IMG/VR virus record: IMGVR_UViG_3300010965_000002
Span: 1 to 64,000 of that record
Source: a virus
DNA length: 64,000 nt
Strand: one strand, 5' to 3'
The position numbers and the translations under genes are program-made. How positions within the stretch are numbered: position 1 is the stretch's first letter; each line of letters opens with the position of its first letter. Under the pieces are notes generated by a model that worked only from the letters and a program-made list of their open reading frames with translations, was not told where the DNA came from and did not search any database. Below, piece after piece: positions 63,129-64,000 of this stretch.

Positions 63129-63860
63129 ATGTTACAGACACAGACACCCGAAGCACCAAAATTGCCGCCAATTGAGCGCATGATTGTCAAAGGTGTGCAA
63201 GAAACGTTGGGTCAAACCTTTGGTTTAGCCCCAGAACGCATTGTGTTTTTTGCTTCCACGAACCGTATGAAAATTGCGGAACAGGTAGCTAAACTACATG
63301 AAGGTCTGGAAGGCAAGATTAAGTGGCCCTTGTTGCTCTTGCACCTGAACAGTCTGTCCCTTGGCTTTGTGGAAGGTATGCACGCATACAACACAAAAAG
63401 TTTAGCACGCCACGGCATGTACATGAAGGCAGCAGAGTCGCAAGACAGGTTGCTGAAATCGAATCTCGTTCCTATCGTCATGGACATCGAAGTGATCTAC
63501 ATGACAGATAGTTTTGAACAAGCCTTTGGTTACGCTACAGGCTGGTTAACTAATGCGGTACATAATCGCATGAACTTCACCGCAACCTACATGAATCTAG
63601 GGATTGATGTGCGTTGTGAAATGAGCCCTCAGATCAGTACGCCTGACAGAGAAGAAAGTATCGACCAACCAAATGTGTTTGAGTACACCAGCAACATTAA
63701 GGTTGCAGGCTACGCTAGCGATGCACACCCTGATGGTACGAGTTACGTGCAATTGCTGCACAAGCCCGTTATCAATGTGTCTATCGACGGACGGCCTGAT
63801 GAAGACCCTAACGTATGGAGTGGACGACATCAAATGCCAATTATGAAGGAAACCAAATGA
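63129..63860 (+). CDS. Putative virion (head-tail/tail completion) protein
   Basis: ORF in structural module; function from context only. Confidence 0.6.
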   Translation: MLQTQTPEAPKLPPIERMIVKGVQETLGQTFGLAPERIVFFASTNRMKIAEQVAKLHEGLEGKIKWPLLLLHLNSLSLGFVEGMHAYNTKSLARHGMYMKAAESQDRLLKSNLVPIVMDIEVIYMTDSFEQAFGYATGWLTNAVHNRMNFTATYMNLGIDVRCEMSPQISTPDREESIDQPNVFEYTSNIKVAGYASDAHPDGTSYVQLLHKPVINVSIDGRPDEDPNVWSGRHQMPIMKETK

Positions 63861-64000
63861 GTGGCGCTTCGCCCATGATTCCAGCTAGTGCTCAAACAGA
63901 TACGCCCAGTGGCTTTGTCTGTTCTGCGCCCTGGGCTACGGTTGACCGAACGCTCTATGTTGACGTTAAGTGCTATTTGGCTAGCGTCAAGTATAACCGA
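63857..64000 (+). CDS. Partial ORF (5' end)
   Basis: ATGA-coupled with AAGGA SD; open to window end. Confidence 0.55.
   Translation, partial: MSGASPMIPASAQTDTPSGFVCSAPWATVDRTLYVDVKCYLASVKYNR

Noticed and set aside
1-64000. Stop-codon recoding (alternative genetic code)
   Set aside because: TAA, TAG and TGA all end conserved genes at expected lengths; no suppressor tRNA seen.
1-64000. Bacterial chromosome or integrated prophage
   Set aside because: Continuous phage-like gene density, a capsid module and mostly orphan genes; no integrase, att site or host operons seen.

Overview
This window is a segment of a large (jumbo-type) tailed dsDNA phage genome; tRNA, tmRNA and Hfq style suggest a proteobacterial host (inference). 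Layout: (i) 1-5933, a + strand operon with a GNAT, an NAD-dependent DNA ligase, two GlcG/HbpS-like proteins and an Ntn-hydrolase, ending at a bidirectional terminator. (ii) 6006-58820, a long minus-strand early/middle region with type II topoisomerase A/B, UvsE, Hfq, flap nuclease, HU, ACP, TAXI receptor, ClpS, Dcd, HD hydrolases, SF2 helicase, papain-like protease and SLT, driven by sigma70-type promoters, five of which have about 100 bp of phased A-tracts upstream. (iii) From 59156, a + strand head module (scaffold-like protein, major capsid protein). The most unusual content is RNA. 23.6-27.7 kb is an RNA island with 4 tRNAs, a circularly permuted two-piece tmRNA (tag ANESSFRMAA) and five further large structured non-coding segments, two containing tRNA-like T-arm/acceptor modules. 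At 33.0-33.6 kb a tRNA(CAU) gene is split between positions 30 and 31 by a 489-bp cassette made of an HNH endonuclease gene plus a complete, diverged replacement tRNA(CAU). All RNA pairings were found by eye and no database searches were run, so family names and novelty are untested.
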